Part shown: positions 21,601-31,390 of the stretch, piece after piece
Position numbering within the stretch: position 1 is the stretch's first letter
How the letters are laid out: every line of letters starts with the position of its first letter
Assembly: GCA_021852345.1 (NCBI GenBank)
Contig: JAJZNL010000020.1
Location: 3,144 to 67,143, forward strand
DNA length: 64,000 nucleotides
DNA from: Actinomycetes bacterium
GTDB taxonomy: Bacteria; Actinomycetota; Acidimicrobiia; Acidimicrobiales; JABEUL01
Direction of reading: 5' to 3'
Program-made: the position numbers and the translations under genes
The notes under the pieces: generated by a model
What the model saw: only the letters and a program-made list of their open reading frames with translations
Told to the model about the DNA's origin: nothing
Database searches by the model: none

Positions 21601-22074
21601 GCAGGTGCTTCCATTCCGGTTTCGGGTAACGTATTTATATCCTTAGCCGACAGAGATAAGCTTCAGGGCGTCACTTTGGCTAAAGAGCTTTCGCAATTGG
21701 GATTTGGAATCTATGCGACTGAGGGTACGGCTAAATTTTTTGAAGACAGTGACATAACTGTGACTAGAGTGGTGCCAAAACGTACGACCTTACTTAATAT
21801 GGACTGCGAAAGACTCGACAAAGATTTAGCCACATATGAGAAAATAGATGTTTCGGACCTGTTGAAAAATTCGGAAATAGCTTTGATAATCAATACGCCA
21901 CGAGGTAGAGGTGCCAGAGCCGACGGTGATTACATCAGACGGGCATCATCCGCTTTCAGTGTTCCCTGTATTACAACGATGTCTGCTGCCATGGCAACAA
22001 TCGAAGGCATGAAAGCCAACTTGGTTGAGAATATGGAAGTAAGAACCCTTCAAGAATTAGGTACTTTTCTTTAG
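18691..22074 (+). CDS. carB: carbamoyl-phosphate synthase large subunit
   Basis: 1127 aa. Duplicated ATP-grasp halves (two GSGPxxIGQxxEFDY blocks) and a C-terminal MGS-like domain. Confidence 0.95.
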   Translation: MGKREDIKSILVIGSGPIVIGQACEFDYSGTQACKVLMQEGYEVILVNSNPATIMTDPNVATKTYIEPLNAEVLKKIILKEKPDALLPTLGGQTALNLSMELYRQNFLNEQNVEMIGANAKSIECAENRDTFKKAMEEIGLKVCRSGIANSIEEAVELAETIGFPIMIRPSFILGGAGTGIAKNRESFLKLATEGINSSPVHEILIEESIAGFKEFELEVMRDNADNCVIICSIENLDPMGVHTGDSITVAPQQTLSDVEYQMMRDQAFKIIRKVGVETGGSNIQFAVNPTNGEMTVIEMNPRVSRSSALASKATGFPIAKIAAKLAVGYRLDEVLNDITKVTPASFEPTIDYVVTKIPRFAFEKLPGTSGNLGTRMQSVGEVMAIGRTFGESLQKAIRSKEEDRFGLNCDTREEVYTALSTDELLDQIVVATPDRIFLMAELLYRGLTIQELYDVTKIDNWFLNQMDRIVQFRKYMERAAKSVSIKDCGYDLLKKAKNLGFSEEQLAKIFNCPPEAIRERLKELNINVTFKAVDTCAGEFEAFTPYFYATFEDETELLKSQKNKIIILGSGPNRIGQGIEFDYCCVHASMALQEAGYETIMVNCNPETVSTDYDTSTKLYFEPLTESDLKNIIDAEKDACEDGSQLAGVIVGLGGQTPLKLAGSIDPKLILGTSPKSIDRAEDRDLWSKVCQELNITQPLGGTALNLDEALKVAGNIGFPVLIRPSYVLGGRAMEIVYNEDDLVDAWKQLELFEGVALKENNSFDHPVLIDRFLEDAVEVDVDAIRDKNGSVIIGGILEHVEEAGVHSGDSACAIPTQNLSADIVATIEDQAARLAHELNVIGPINVQFAVQKNEVYVIEANPRASRTLPFTSKAINIPLAKIAALVMAGHTIQEIQAIGYLPEKMPLGPSSNINLSFHLPYVAVKEAVLPFYRFPEVDSLLGPEMRSTGEVMGVDLNFGTAFAKSQMAAGASIPVSGNVFISLADRDKLQGVTLAKELSQLGFGIYATEGTAKFFEDSDITVTRVVPKRTTLLNMDCERLDKDLATYEKIDVSDLLKNSEIALIINTPRGRGARADGDYIRRASSAFSVPCITTMSAAMATIEGMKANLVENMEVRTLQELGTFL

Positions 22075-22241
22075 TAATTGCACCATGGCTATAAATCACT
22101 AATCCCAATGAAATAACTGCGTAGCTAAATCTGTATAAATTAAAAAAGTTAATAGAATATTACGCTATAGGCCAATTCAAATTCTAATAAATAATTTTGG
22201 GCTTTCAAATATGGATGTAATCAATTTTGTTTAAATATATG

Positions 22242-22345
22242 AGGTGTACCGTCGTCAAACACGGTTCTTGGCGCCAATCGTGCCGGTCAGAATTTTACAT
22301 CCCTATTTCTATTCTTATTTTTTAAGCAATAATTAAGGTACACCT
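22242..22345. repeat. 9-bp inverted repeat (AGGTGTACC / GGTACACCT) bracketing 86 nt
   Basis: Read directly: arms at 22242-22250 and 22337-22345. The 5' half of the enclosed sequence is locally GC-richer than the surrounding spacer. Confidence 0.6.
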
Positions 22346-22611
22346 AGTGTCTATTTGAGTAATGCGCATCAGTGAAACCCAAATTGAAACCCAGATTAAA
22401 ACTACTTAATATGGACGAAATATCCTTAATATCCACTCTTGCTGTAATTCTTGTCTCAGATGTTCTTCAAAAATATTGTTTTTAAGATACGTCCGTAAAT
22501 AATTTTGAATTATTCATTCAGCATTGATAAAATGGTAATCGTGCTAAATTGAGGCAGACACCCTAATCGTTCAACCGGCTTGTCTCTTCCCGATAGATTT
22601 GAGAAAATATA

Positions 22612-24213
22612 TTGACAATTATTAAAACAAAAGTAGACGTTAATTCGCAGGATTACGTTGACAACAGAGCATCTCTGTTAGAGAAACTCGATATCATAAG
22701 TAGCCAAATGCAACTTGCGATTGCTGGAGGCGGTGAAAAATACATTCAGAGACATAAAAACAGAGGGAAGTTGCCCGTACGGGAGCGCATTGAACTTTTG
22801 TTGGATAGGTCAAGTGGATTTTTGGAGCTATCTCCGTTGGCCGCCTGGGGAACTAATTTTACGGTCGGGGCGAGCTTGGTAACCGGAATAGGGACGATAT
22901 GCGGCACGGAATGTCTGATATTTGCAAATGATCCTACGGTCAAAGGCGGATCAACGAACCCCTATACCCTTAAAAAACTTGCACGAGCAGCTGATATCGC
23001 AACCGAAAACTCACTGCCTACCGTATCTCTTATTGAATCTGGCGGGGCGGATCTTCCAACCCAGGCTGAGCTTTTCATTCCGGGTGGAAGGATGTTTAAA
23101 GATTTAACTCAGCGAAGTTCGAAAGGATTGCCTACGATCTCATTGGTATTTGGTAACTCAACGGCCGGTGGCGCATATATTCCTGGCATGAGCGATTACA
23201 TTGTTATGATCAAGAATAGATCTAAGGTATTCTTGGGCGGCCCGCCGTTAGTTAAAATGGCAACTGGAGAAGAATCTACCGATGAAGAATTAGGCGGAGC
23301 CGAAATGCACTCAAAGGTATCGGGCCTGTCGGACTTCTTGGCCGAAGACGAATACGATGCTATACGTATTGGAAGACAAATCGTTTCAAGACTAAACTAT
23401 TCCAAGAAGGGGATATCAAGGCGTACCAATAATTTTAAAACTCCGTTATATGACATTGATGATATCTTGGGTATAGTAACTAAAGATCCAAAACTTCCGT
23501 TTGACCCGAGAGAAATTTTGGCTCGTATTGTAGACGCTTCTGATTTTGATGAATTTAAGCCCGAATACGGAACTTCATTAGTAACTGGGTGGGCAGAAAT
23601 TTGCGGTTACCCGATAGGAATATTGGCCAATCATCGCGGAGTCCTTTTTAACCAGGAAGCCCAAAAAGCTACGCAATTTATCCAGCTGGCAAATCAAATT
23701 AACATACCTTTGATATTTTTCCAGAATACTACCGGATATATTGTCGGTAAAGATTACGAGCAGTCTGGAATAATAAAAGACGGTGCAAAAATGATTAACG
23801 CGGTGTCAAACTCCAGAGTTCCTCACATAACAATTGTTATGGGCGCATCTTACGGAGCCGGAAATTACGGCATGTGCGGCCGGGCTTATAATCCTCGATT
23901 TTTATTTAGTTGGCCGAATGCAAAGTCTGCAGTGATGGGCAAGGCACAACTTGCCGGAGTCATGGCTATTGTCGCAAAGCAATCCGCTCACGACAGAGGA
24001 ATTCCCTTTGATGAAGAAGCCAATGAAGTTATGCGCCAAATGATTGAAGATCAGATCGAAAACGAAAGTGAAGCCATGTATTTAAGCTCGCTTCTTTACG
24101 ATGACGGAATTATAGACCCCAGGGATACTAGGAATATATTGGCTTTGTGTTTGTCGGTAATCCACAATAATCCCATTCAGGGAACATTGGGCTATGGCGT
24201 CTACAGGATGTAG
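22612..24213 (+). CDS. acyl-CoA carboxylase carboxyltransferase (beta) subunit, methylcrotonyl/geranyl-CoA carboxylase type
   Basis: 533 aa with TTG start. N-terminal ...GGGEKYIQRHKNRGKLPVRERIELLLD typical of MCCase beta. Adjacent to a biotin carboxylase subunit. Confidence 0.8.
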   Translation: MTIIKTKVDVNSQDYVDNRASLLEKLDIISSQMQLAIAGGGEKYIQRHKNRGKLPVRERIELLLDRSSGFLELSPLAAWGTNFTVGASLVTGIGTICGTECLIFANDPTVKGGSTNPYTLKKLARAADIATENSLPTVSLIESGGADLPTQAELFIPGGRMFKDLTQRSSKGLPTISLVFGNSTAGGAYIPGMSDYIVMIKNRSKVFLGGPPLVKMATGEESTDEELGGAEMHSKVSGLSDFLAEDEYDAIRIGRQIVSRLNYSKKGISRRTNNFKTPLYDIDDILGIVTKDPKLPFDPREILARIVDASDFDEFKPEYGTSLVTGWAEICGYPIGILANHRGVLFNQEAQKATQFIQLANQINIPLIFFQNTTGYIVGKDYEQSGIIKDGAKMINAVSNSRVPHITIVMGASYGAGNYGMCGRAYNPRFLFSWPNAKSAVMGKAQLAGVMAIVAKQSAHDRGIPFDEEANEVMRQMIEDQIENESEAMYLSSLLYDDGIIDPRDTRNILALCLSVIHNNPIQGTLGYGVYRM

Positions 24214-24215
24214 TT

Positions 24216-26207
24216 ATGAAAAAAATCGAATCAATATTAATTGCTAACCGCGGCGAAATTGCCTGCAGAATAATAAAGACCGCAAAAAGAATGGGTATCT
24301 ATACCGTAGCTTTGTGTTCAACTGCTGATGTAAATGGTCTTCACGCGCAAATGGCAGACGAAACCTACGTTATGGACGGATATACTTCGCTTGAAACCTA
24401 TCTTGATGTTAGCCAGATAGTTAAGGCAATAAATATAACTAAAGTTGATGCCGTGCATCCTGGATATGGGTTCTTATCAGAAAACGCCGAATTTGCCAAG
24501 TCGGTGACTGATGAGGGAGTGATTTTCATAGGTCCGTCTCACAGCGCGATAAAAGAGATGGGTTCTAAGCTGAATTCAAAAGTTTTAGCCAAACAATGTA
24601 ATGTTCCTACGCTCCAAAGTACCGACGTTACAAGCTTTTCTAAGGGCGAGCTGATGGATAGTTTTAATTCCAAAGATTTGCCCTTACTGATTAAGGCATC
24701 TTTGGGCGGCGGCGGCAAAGGGATGAGAGTCATCAATGATTTGAACGAATTGGTAGATTCAGTTGAAACCGCAAAACGAGAAGCTAAGTCTGCTTTTTCA
24801 GATGAAACGGTTTTTATAGAAAAATACATTGAGAATCCTAGACATATTGAAATTCAGATATTGGCCGACTCACATGACAATGTTTATGCACTTTTTGAAA
24901 GGGAGTGTTCGATTCAGAGAAGGCATCAAAAAATAATCGAAGAAGCACCGTGCTCAATTCTTTCTGATGAATTAAGAAACGAAATGAGTCAAGCTGCAAT
25001 CGCCGTCGCCAGGGCCGTGAACTATACAAATGCCGGAACCGTGGAGTTTATTTTGGATCAAAACAATAACTTTTATTTCCTTGAAATGAACACCAGACTG
25101 CAAGTGGAACACCCTGTGACGGAAGCCATAACGCAGTTGGATTTGGTGGAACTTCAGATTAAAATCGCACAAGGTGAAAAAATAGATTACCTGGAAATAA
25201 ATCGACCGATTGGACATGCGATAGAATTGCGACTTTACGCTGAAGATCCGAGTCGGGATTATGCCCCAAGTCCGGGAACGATACAAACCCTAAGTTTTGA
25301 CGAAGAACTTGTTCGTTTGGATACGGGTTATTTAAGCGGATCAGAAGTTCCAAGCATATACGATCCTATGATTGCAAAAATAATTGCCCACGGTACAGAT
25401 CGTCGGCAGGCAATTCTAAAGCTAAAAACTGCACTCAAGAAATCTACCGTAAGCGGATTAACTACAAATAAGAATCTTTTAATTGGAATATTGGGAGAAG
25501 AAGAGTTTAATCTTGCTAAAACCGATACCTTTTACCTGCAACGGCATAACCTTGATTCGCTCATATACAAACCTGATGGTTTGTTGTTAAAAGATATGGT
25601 TATTGCGGCCACTGTTGTTTTAGCTAATTATTATAAAGCAGGCTTGGCTAATCAGGTGGGAGTTTCAATTGGGTTTAGAAACCTAAGAAGCCAACCCGAA
25701 AAACTGGTTTTAAAGTGCCAGCAAACTTTGCCCACGGAATTCGAAATCGAATATGTCTTTGATAGAAATGATAACCTTGCGTTTGTTGCCGTTAATAAAG
25801 ATGTCTTAAATTCAACAATATCCTATTTAGACTCTTCTAAAGTGGGGTTAATCACAGAAAACTTGCAGAAATTGTTTAGTTATGAAGTATTTGATGATGC
25901 AAGTAAAATTTGGATTGGGTCTGCACTGGGCGATGCATTATTTACCGTTGTACCGACCTTTATCGATCCGTCCGAGTCGGTTCCTAAAGGGTCTTTGGTG
26001 GCTCCGATGCCTGGTACGATAACCAAAATTCTGGTGGAGGAAAATGACTTAGTGGAGCATGGACAGGATTTGGTAATTATAGAAGCCATGAAGATGGAAA
26101 ATAAAGTAGTAACTCCATTGGCCGGAGTGGTTACTTCGGTTACCGTTAAAGTTGGTGATCAGGTATCCAACAATCAGTTGCTTGCAATAATTCAAGAGGA
26201 TGAATAA
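24216..26207 (+). CDS. acyl-CoA carboxylase biotin-carboxylase/BCCP (alpha) subunit
   Basis: 663 aa. ATP-grasp GGGGKGMRV and C-terminal biotinyl-lysine motif EAMKMEN. Confidence 0.85.
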   Translation: MKKIESILIANRGEIACRIIKTAKRMGIYTVALCSTADVNGLHAQMADETYVMDGYTSLETYLDVSQIVKAINITKVDAVHPGYGFLSENAEFAKSVTDEGVIFIGPSHSAIKEMGSKLNSKVLAKQCNVPTLQSTDVTSFSKGELMDSFNSKDLPLLIKASLGGGGKGMRVINDLNELVDSVETAKREAKSAFSDETVFIEKYIENPRHIEIQILADSHDNVYALFERECSIQRRHQKIIEEAPCSILSDELRNEMSQAAIAVARAVNYTNAGTVEFILDQNNNFYFLEMNTRLQVEHPVTEAITQLDLVELQIKIAQGEKIDYLEINRPIGHAIELRLYAEDPSRDYAPSPGTIQTLSFDEELVRLDTGYLSGSEVPSIYDPMIAKIIAHGTDRRQAILKLKTALKKSTVSGLTTNKNLLIGILGEEEFNLAKTDTFYLQRHNLDSLIYKPDGLLLKDMVIAATVVLANYYKAGLANQVGVSIGFRNLRSQPEKLVLKCQQTLPTEFEIEYVFDRNDNLAFVAVNKDVLNSTISYLDSSKVGLITENLQKLFSYEVFDDASKIWIGSALGDALFTVVPTFIDPSESVPKGSLVAPMPGTITKILVEENDLVEHGQDLVIIEAMKMENKVVTPLAGVVTSVTVKVGDQVSNNQLLAIIQEDE

Positions 26208-26209
26208 GT

Positions 26210-27991
26210 ATGAACGATGATAAAAAGATAAGAGTGGGGAACTGCTCGGGTTTCTATGGGGACAAGTTAGCCGCTGCAAAAGAGATGGTAACATTTGGTG
26301 ATATTGACTATCTAACGGGGGACTATCTGGCCGAATTGACGATGTTAATTCTTTACAAATCACAGCTTAAGGATAACGGCGGATTTGCGAGATCATTTTA
26401 CATTCAGTTTCAAGAAATTCTCGAAGATATAGTTTCAAAAAGAATAAAGGTAATTGTAAATGCTGGAGGGTTGGACCCCATCGGTCTATCTGAAAAGTTA
26501 ATTCAATTGATCGAATCGACGGGCTGCGATTTAAAAGTCGGTACGGTCATGGGCGACAACATCGTGAGCGAACTCGAGACACTCCAGAAACAGGGGATTT
26601 CCTTTGCAAACATGGATACAGCCGAAGCACTTGATTTGACAAAACAACCGCCCGTCACGGCTAATGTGTATTTAGGGGTATGGCCCATTGTGGCAGCCCT
26701 AAAGTCTGGAGCCGATATAGTAATAACGGGAAGAGTAACCGATGCGGCTCTTGTCATGGCAGCACCTGCTTTTGAATTTGGATGGGTTCAAGATGATTTG
26801 GATCGTTTAGCCGGGGCCCTGGTCGCAGGGCATGTAATAGAATGCGGAACTCAGGCAACTGGCGGCAACTATTCTTTTTTTGAAGAGGTGCCGACCTTTA
26901 AAAATATAGGTTTTCCGATCGCCGAATTTAGAAACGACGGCACGTCGGTCATCACGAAACCTGACGATACTGGTGGGTTGGTATCTGTAGGTACGGTTAC
27001 CAGCCAGCTTTTATATGAGATAGCTTCTCCGTTTTACCTAAACCCCGATGTAACTGCCGACTTTCGGACAATTGCTCTTAAGGAAGTTGGGGAAAATAGG
27101 GTTGAAATAAGTGGGGTTAAAGGTGTGCTGCCACCCGAAGATTATAAGATCGCCATTAATTTAAACGGTGGTTACAAAAATTCGATGACTTTTGTCCTGA
27201 CGGGATTAAATATTGAAAAAAAGGCTGAGCTTTTTAAACGCAGCCTGTTTGAGATAATCGGTACGGATTTTGAGTCAATTAATACAAAATTGATCTATAA
27301 AGTAGTTCCCGGGTTAGAGTCAGTCAAAAAGGCGGATTTGGAAATTACGGTTAGGGATCCGGATGCGACCAAGGTGGGTAGGAAATTTAGTGATGCGGCA
27401 ACTTCATTGGTATTGTCCAATTATCCAGGACTATATTCTAAGACCCCTCCTTCAACCGGCTCTCAATTTGGGGTGTATTGGCCGGCAGTTATCCCCAAAA
27501 ACTTGATTACACCTAAAGTTTTTATCAACGTGCAGGAAATTCAATTCGATGACGTTACGCTTAAAGGTGCGAACGTTGAATTTAAGAACTCAACGATCAT
27601 GCAGACTGATTCGAAATCTAATATATCTAAAAACTCGACTGAAATGGTTGTTAGACCCTTGGGGACCTTGGTAGGCGCAAGGTCTGGAGACAAAGGCGGA
27701 AATGCAAACGTAGGATTTTGGGCTAAATCAAAGGAGGCCTATGGATGGCTGAACGAGTTTTTGACCATAGAAAAAATTCAAGAACTTATGCCTGAGTTAA
27801 AATCTACCGATGGATCCTATCTCTTAGTTGATAGATATGAACTGGAGAACATATTTGCGGTTAACTTTGTTATCCATAAGCTATTGGGTAGGGGCGTTGC
27901 TTCAAGTCTTCGGGAAGATCCTCAGGCAAAGAGTTTGGGAGAATATTTTTTGGCACAGGAAGTGCCGATTCCGACTAATTTGTTAGGTTAA
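26210..27991 (+). CDS. AtuA-like protein (DUF1446 with C-terminal ARSGDKGG-containing extension)
   Basis: Starts IRVGNCSGFYGDKL, as in DUF1446/AtuA. C-terminal GARSGDKGGNANVGFWA block. 593 aa. Family recalled from memory. Confidence 0.65.
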   Translation: MNDDKKIRVGNCSGFYGDKLAAAKEMVTFGDIDYLTGDYLAELTMLILYKSQLKDNGGFARSFYIQFQEILEDIVSKRIKVIVNAGGLDPIGLSEKLIQLIESTGCDLKVGTVMGDNIVSELETLQKQGISFANMDTAEALDLTKQPPVTANVYLGVWPIVAALKSGADIVITGRVTDAALVMAAPAFEFGWVQDDLDRLAGALVAGHVIECGTQATGGNYSFFEEVPTFKNIGFPIAEFRNDGTSVITKPDDTGGLVSVGTVTSQLLYEIASPFYLNPDVTADFRTIALKEVGENRVEISGVKGVLPPEDYKIAINLNGGYKNSMTFVLTGLNIEKKAELFKRSLFEIIGTDFESINTKLIYKVVPGLESVKKADLEITVRDPDATKVGRKFSDAATSLVLSNYPGLYSKTPPSTGSQFGVYWPAVIPKNLITPKVFINVQEIQFDDVTLKGANVEFKNSTIMQTDSKSNISKNSTEMVVRPLGTLVGARSGDKGGNANVGFWAKSKEAYGWLNEFLTIEKIQELMPELKSTDGSYLLVDRYELENIFAVNFVIHKLLGRGVASSLREDPQAKSLGEYFLAQEVPIPTNLLG

Positions 27992-28033
27992 TTTTTTATA
28001 AAAAAGTAATTATTAAAAGCTAGGAGAAAAAGT

Positions 28034-29188
28034 ATGGCATTTATAGAAACCGATGAGCAACAGATGCTACGACAAGCAGTTAGACAGATTGCCGATAAAT
28101 ATGGACACAAATATTTTGTTGAAAAAGCTAATGCTAACTTGAAGCAAACAGAATTGTGGGCCGAGCTTGCAGCCCAAGGCTATTTGGGCGTGAATTTGCC
28201 CGAAGAATATGGTGGCGGAGGCATGGGACTGTCTGAGTTGGCGATAGTTCAAGAAGAATTGTCTTCGGTAGGCTGTCCTCTATTACTTCTGGTTGTTTCT
28301 CCGGCTATAGTAGGGCCTATTTTGGCAAAATACGGAAATGACGAGCAAAAACAACGTTGGCTTAAGCCTATAGCTACCGGTGAAAAAATTATGGCATTTG
28401 CAATTACTGAACCAGATGCAGGGTCAAACTCTCACAATATCTCAGTAACTGCCAGTAAGGATGGTGATGTTTACAGGCTTAACGGCACCAAGTATTACAT
28501 TTCTGGTGTCGATGAAGCCGAAGCTATTTTGGTAGTTACAAGAACAGGGATTGACGAAAAGACAAAACGAGGTCAGCTTTCGCTTTTTATGGTGGATGTC
28601 AATTCACCAGGTCTAGAAAAGCATATATTGCCAGTTGAAATTAAAGCTCCGGAAAAGCAGTTCACGGTGTTTTTTGACAATGTCGAAGTACCGAAGGAAA
28701 ATTTGATCGGAAATGAAGGGCATGGGTTGCGACAAGTATTTACCGGGCTTAATCCTGAAAGGATAATGGTTGCCGCAATGGCGATCGGATCAGGAAGATA
28801 TGCTTTGGACAAAGCATCTGAATACGCTAGGACAAGAGAAGTTTGGGGAATGCCAATCGGAGCTCACCAGGGGCTTTCGCATCCCTTGGCAATTGCAAAG
28901 ATTAACTTGGAGTTGGCTGCACTCATGAATAAAAAAGCGGCTTGGCTTTTTGATAATGACTTAGATGCATCTGAAGCTGCCAATATGGCAAAATACTCCG
29001 CCGCCGAAGCATCAATTGCCGCTTTGGATCAAGCCATGCAGACGCATGGTGGTAACGGTATTTCGACCGAATATGGCTTGGCAGATTATTGGGGTGCGGT
29101 TAGGTTGATGAGGACCGCACCAGTGTCCCGAGAAATGATTCTAAACTTTGTTGCCCAGCATAGCCTTGGGTTACCTAAGTCTTACTGA
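28034..29188 (+). CDS. acyl-CoA dehydrogenase
   Basis: 384 aa. ITEPDAGSN motif and overall ACAD layout. SD aggagaaaa upstream. Confidence 0.85.
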   Translation: MAFIETDEQQMLRQAVRQIADKYGHKYFVEKANANLKQTELWAELAAQGYLGVNLPEEYGGGGMGLSELAIVQEELSSVGCPLLLLVVSPAIVGPILAKYGNDEQKQRWLKPIATGEKIMAFAITEPDAGSNSHNISVTASKDGDVYRLNGTKYYISGVDEAEAILVVTRTGIDEKTKRGQLSLFMVDVNSPGLEKHILPVEIKAPEKQFTVFFDNVEVPKENLIGNEGHGLRQVFTGLNPERIMVAAMAIGSGRYALDKASEYARTREVWGMPIGAHQGLSHPLAIAKINLELAALMNKKAAWLFDNDLDASEAANMAKYSAAEASIAALDQAMQTHGGNGISTEYGLADYWGAVRLMRTAPVSREMILNFVAQHSLGLPKSY

Positions 29189-29558
29189 TAATTCCCAAAA
29201 ACAACAGATTGACTCCCTTTTTGCAAAAAGATTTGAAAAATTCTTTGCAATATAATTTTTTAAATGGAATTTTGGATTACAAGTTGTAATCTGTGTCTTG
29301 GAGCGTTTTATAATCCATCGGAATTATAGAATTGTCGCATTGGCAAATCGTAATATTTGTACTTTAAAAATGTTTGATTTTATTATTGATCATATGTCTT
29401 TAAATTGCGACTAGAGTGAATTAGCTTAATATCGAACCTTGAAATGTAATGCTTATTTACTTAATGCTAGACTAATTAAATTGGGCGAGATGGCTGTTTG
29501 AGCTTTAGCTTAAATTTAATTAAGCAAACTCGTCGATCCGATAACACCATTTTAGGAA

Positions 29559-29848
29559 ATGAACGATTCAGGCACAACAAATATGCAGGGAGATTTTGCC
29601 GTTGAAGTTAGAGGGCTGGTAAAAAAATTCGAAAACAAAATAGCAGTCAATAAAGTTGATTTAACGGTAATGAAGGGGAGTGCGTTCGGTTATTTGGGGT
29701 ATAAAGGTGCGAACAAAACCACGCTAATAAAATCACTTTTAGGTCTAACTAAAGCTAACGAGCGGATAAAGAACTCGTGGATATGGTTACTCAGAAATGC
29801 AGCGACCTAATCTGTGTAATTTTCTTTGAAAACTCGGTTGCTTTTTAG
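29559..29848 (+). pseudogene. ABC-transporter ATPase remnant with internal deletion and frameshift
   Basis: The N-terminal part has a corrupted Walker A (GYLGYKGANKTT versus GxLGPNGAGKTT). At ~29762 a shifted frame reads ...ELVDMVTQKCSDLICVIFFENSVAF, resembling the H-loop/C-terminal region. The Q-loop, LSGGQ and Walker B are absent. Confidence 0.6.
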
Positions 29849-29953
29849 AATCTGGGAGAAAGTTGCTTTGTCCCAGAGCAACAGAATCAAAGACCTCGGG
29901 CTATTTACGAAATATATGTAGCTCTATCGGCCGCAAAACCACAACTTTTAATT

Positions 29954-30490
29954 TTAATCATGAGTCATCTGGATTAATTTTGCAACGGTGTTTAGATTTC
30001 TTGCCGTAGTTGGTGTGTTGAGTTGTTTTTCCCAGAATAAATTATTGATTTTGGTCTTGTGATACCCCCTGGGGGTAAATATATATATGGCCTTAGAACC
30101 GATATGATACAAATCTTCAGTTTTGATATTAGGCTTTAGATGTTTTAATCTTGATTCGTCTTTGACAAAAACCGTGTGGATTAAGCTGGGAGGGTGTGTA
30201 GTTGTGTTGTAGGGGTTTTCTTTGAAAATCCTGTGGATACGCTGCTGGCTAAATATTAAAACCGGAGTGTTTACTCCAAATGTGCTTAAGATTGCTTTTG
30301 ATATGAGTTTTTCTTCGAAATCGGTATCACCTCGAGAGTCAAATAAAAGATTGCCGCTGTTTAGATAACTTTTAGCGTTATTTAACCCGATATTTTGCAT
30401 TATTAAGCAGAGTTCTTTCATGGGAACCCTGTTTCTCCCAGATATGTTTACTCCTCTTAGAAGCGCTATTTTTTGGATTGATTTTTTCAT
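29954..30490 (-). CDS. DUF1697-family protein
   Basis: IALLRGVNISGRNRVPMKEL ... YLNSGNLLF matches the DUF1697 N-terminal signature. The likely start is the ATG at 30490; the track ORF extends to 30523 with an implausible MWFWCVCWVNQ leader. Confidence 0.7.
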   Translation of the reverse strand: MKKSIQKIALLRGVNISGRNRVPMKELCLIMQNIGLNNAKSYLNSGNLLFDSRGDTDFEEKLISKAILSTFGVNTPVLIFSQQRIHRIFKENPYNTTTHPPSLIHTVFVKDESRLKHLKPNIKTEDLYHIGSKAIYIFTPRGYHKTKINNLFWEKQLNTPTTARNLNTVAKLIQMTHD

Positions 30491-30845
30491 TTGGTTGACC
30501 CAACACACGCACCAAAACCACATGACAGAAGTTGATGATGTCTTAAGATTCCAGGTTAATAGTCTTTAACGATGCTGACAATGCCTTGTGAATATATTTT
30601 ACCGTGAGTTAAGGTTCGATACGGTTTGAGATCAAAGTTATCTAAAAATTTGAAAATACCCGTAAAAAAGAATCCTAATTTCAACTTTAACATAATGCTT
30701 GTTTAGACAATATTTTGCTATGTCGTGTTCACATATCTGCAGCTAGTGGTCAGTGGTCCATTTTGGACTTTTCCGGTTAAAAATATTGTTCCGCTGCGCA
30801 TTACATTGATAATATAGACATTAATCAAAAAATGCGAGGGATCCA

Positions 30846-31316
30846 ATGCCATATGTGGTTGATTTTGAAAATGTTTCTACCGTCGGTCTCGAAACTTCGC
30901 CCGTAGCTGAGGCTTTAGCTGGATTGAGGGCAAACGAAGCTCGGTACTTTAAAAACAAGTACGGGCATGACTTCACGGTATTTCCTGCCAAAGAAAGTAA
31001 GTCGACTGTAGACTTTGTAAAAAAAATCTTAAAAGAAGAACGAAACATTGAATTTTCAGCCAAGCCACTGGAGACGGCACGCTTTCAGGTGTCAAATATT
31101 AAGTGGGCATTTGTCTTCTTTGAAGACGGCTTGGGCGTCAATGTACTATATACGTTGGATGGTGACAAGAAGAGGGCGGTAGGTTTCAAACTTAGTGAGG
31201 GCATGGAAGTTCCCGCTGAACTTGAAGGTAAATTTAAATTTGCTCGGCAGAAATCAAAGTTGGCAGGGGTAATAAGAGGATCATTTTTTGTAATTAAAAA
31301 TGAATATGATGCATAG
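30846..31316 (+). CDS. hypothetical protein (no family recognised)
   Basis: 156-aa ORF with a good SD (gaggga, 5 nt upstream of the ATG). Composition is typical of the window's genes. I recognise no motif. Confidence 0.5.
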   Translation: MPYVVDFENVSTVGLETSPVAEALAGLRANEARYFKNKYGHDFTVFPAKESKSTVDFVKKILKEERNIEFSAKPLETARFQVSNIKWAFVFFEDGLGVNVLYTLDGDKKRAVGFKLSEGMEVPAELEGKFKFARQKSKLAGVIRGSFFVIKNEYDA

Positions 31317-31337
31317 TTTGTAGTTAAAAAACTATGC
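31311..31337. terminator. hairpin between convergent genes (possible bidirectional terminator)
   Basis: GCATAGTTT / AAACTATGC 9-bp stem with a 9-nt loop, overlapping the stop of the 30846 ORF. T-rich tracts are weak. Confidence 0.3.
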
Positions 31338-31390
31338 TGAAGTTCTTAATGCTGGCGACTTCCCAAAATTATTTTCAATTTGCCTTAATT

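Noticed and set aside
29559-29810. 83-aa ORF taken at face value as a small ABC-ATPase-like protein.
   Set aside because: The P-loop is corrupted and the ORF ends after ~80 codons. The remainder of the domain is deleted or frameshifted, so I called it a pseudogene instead.
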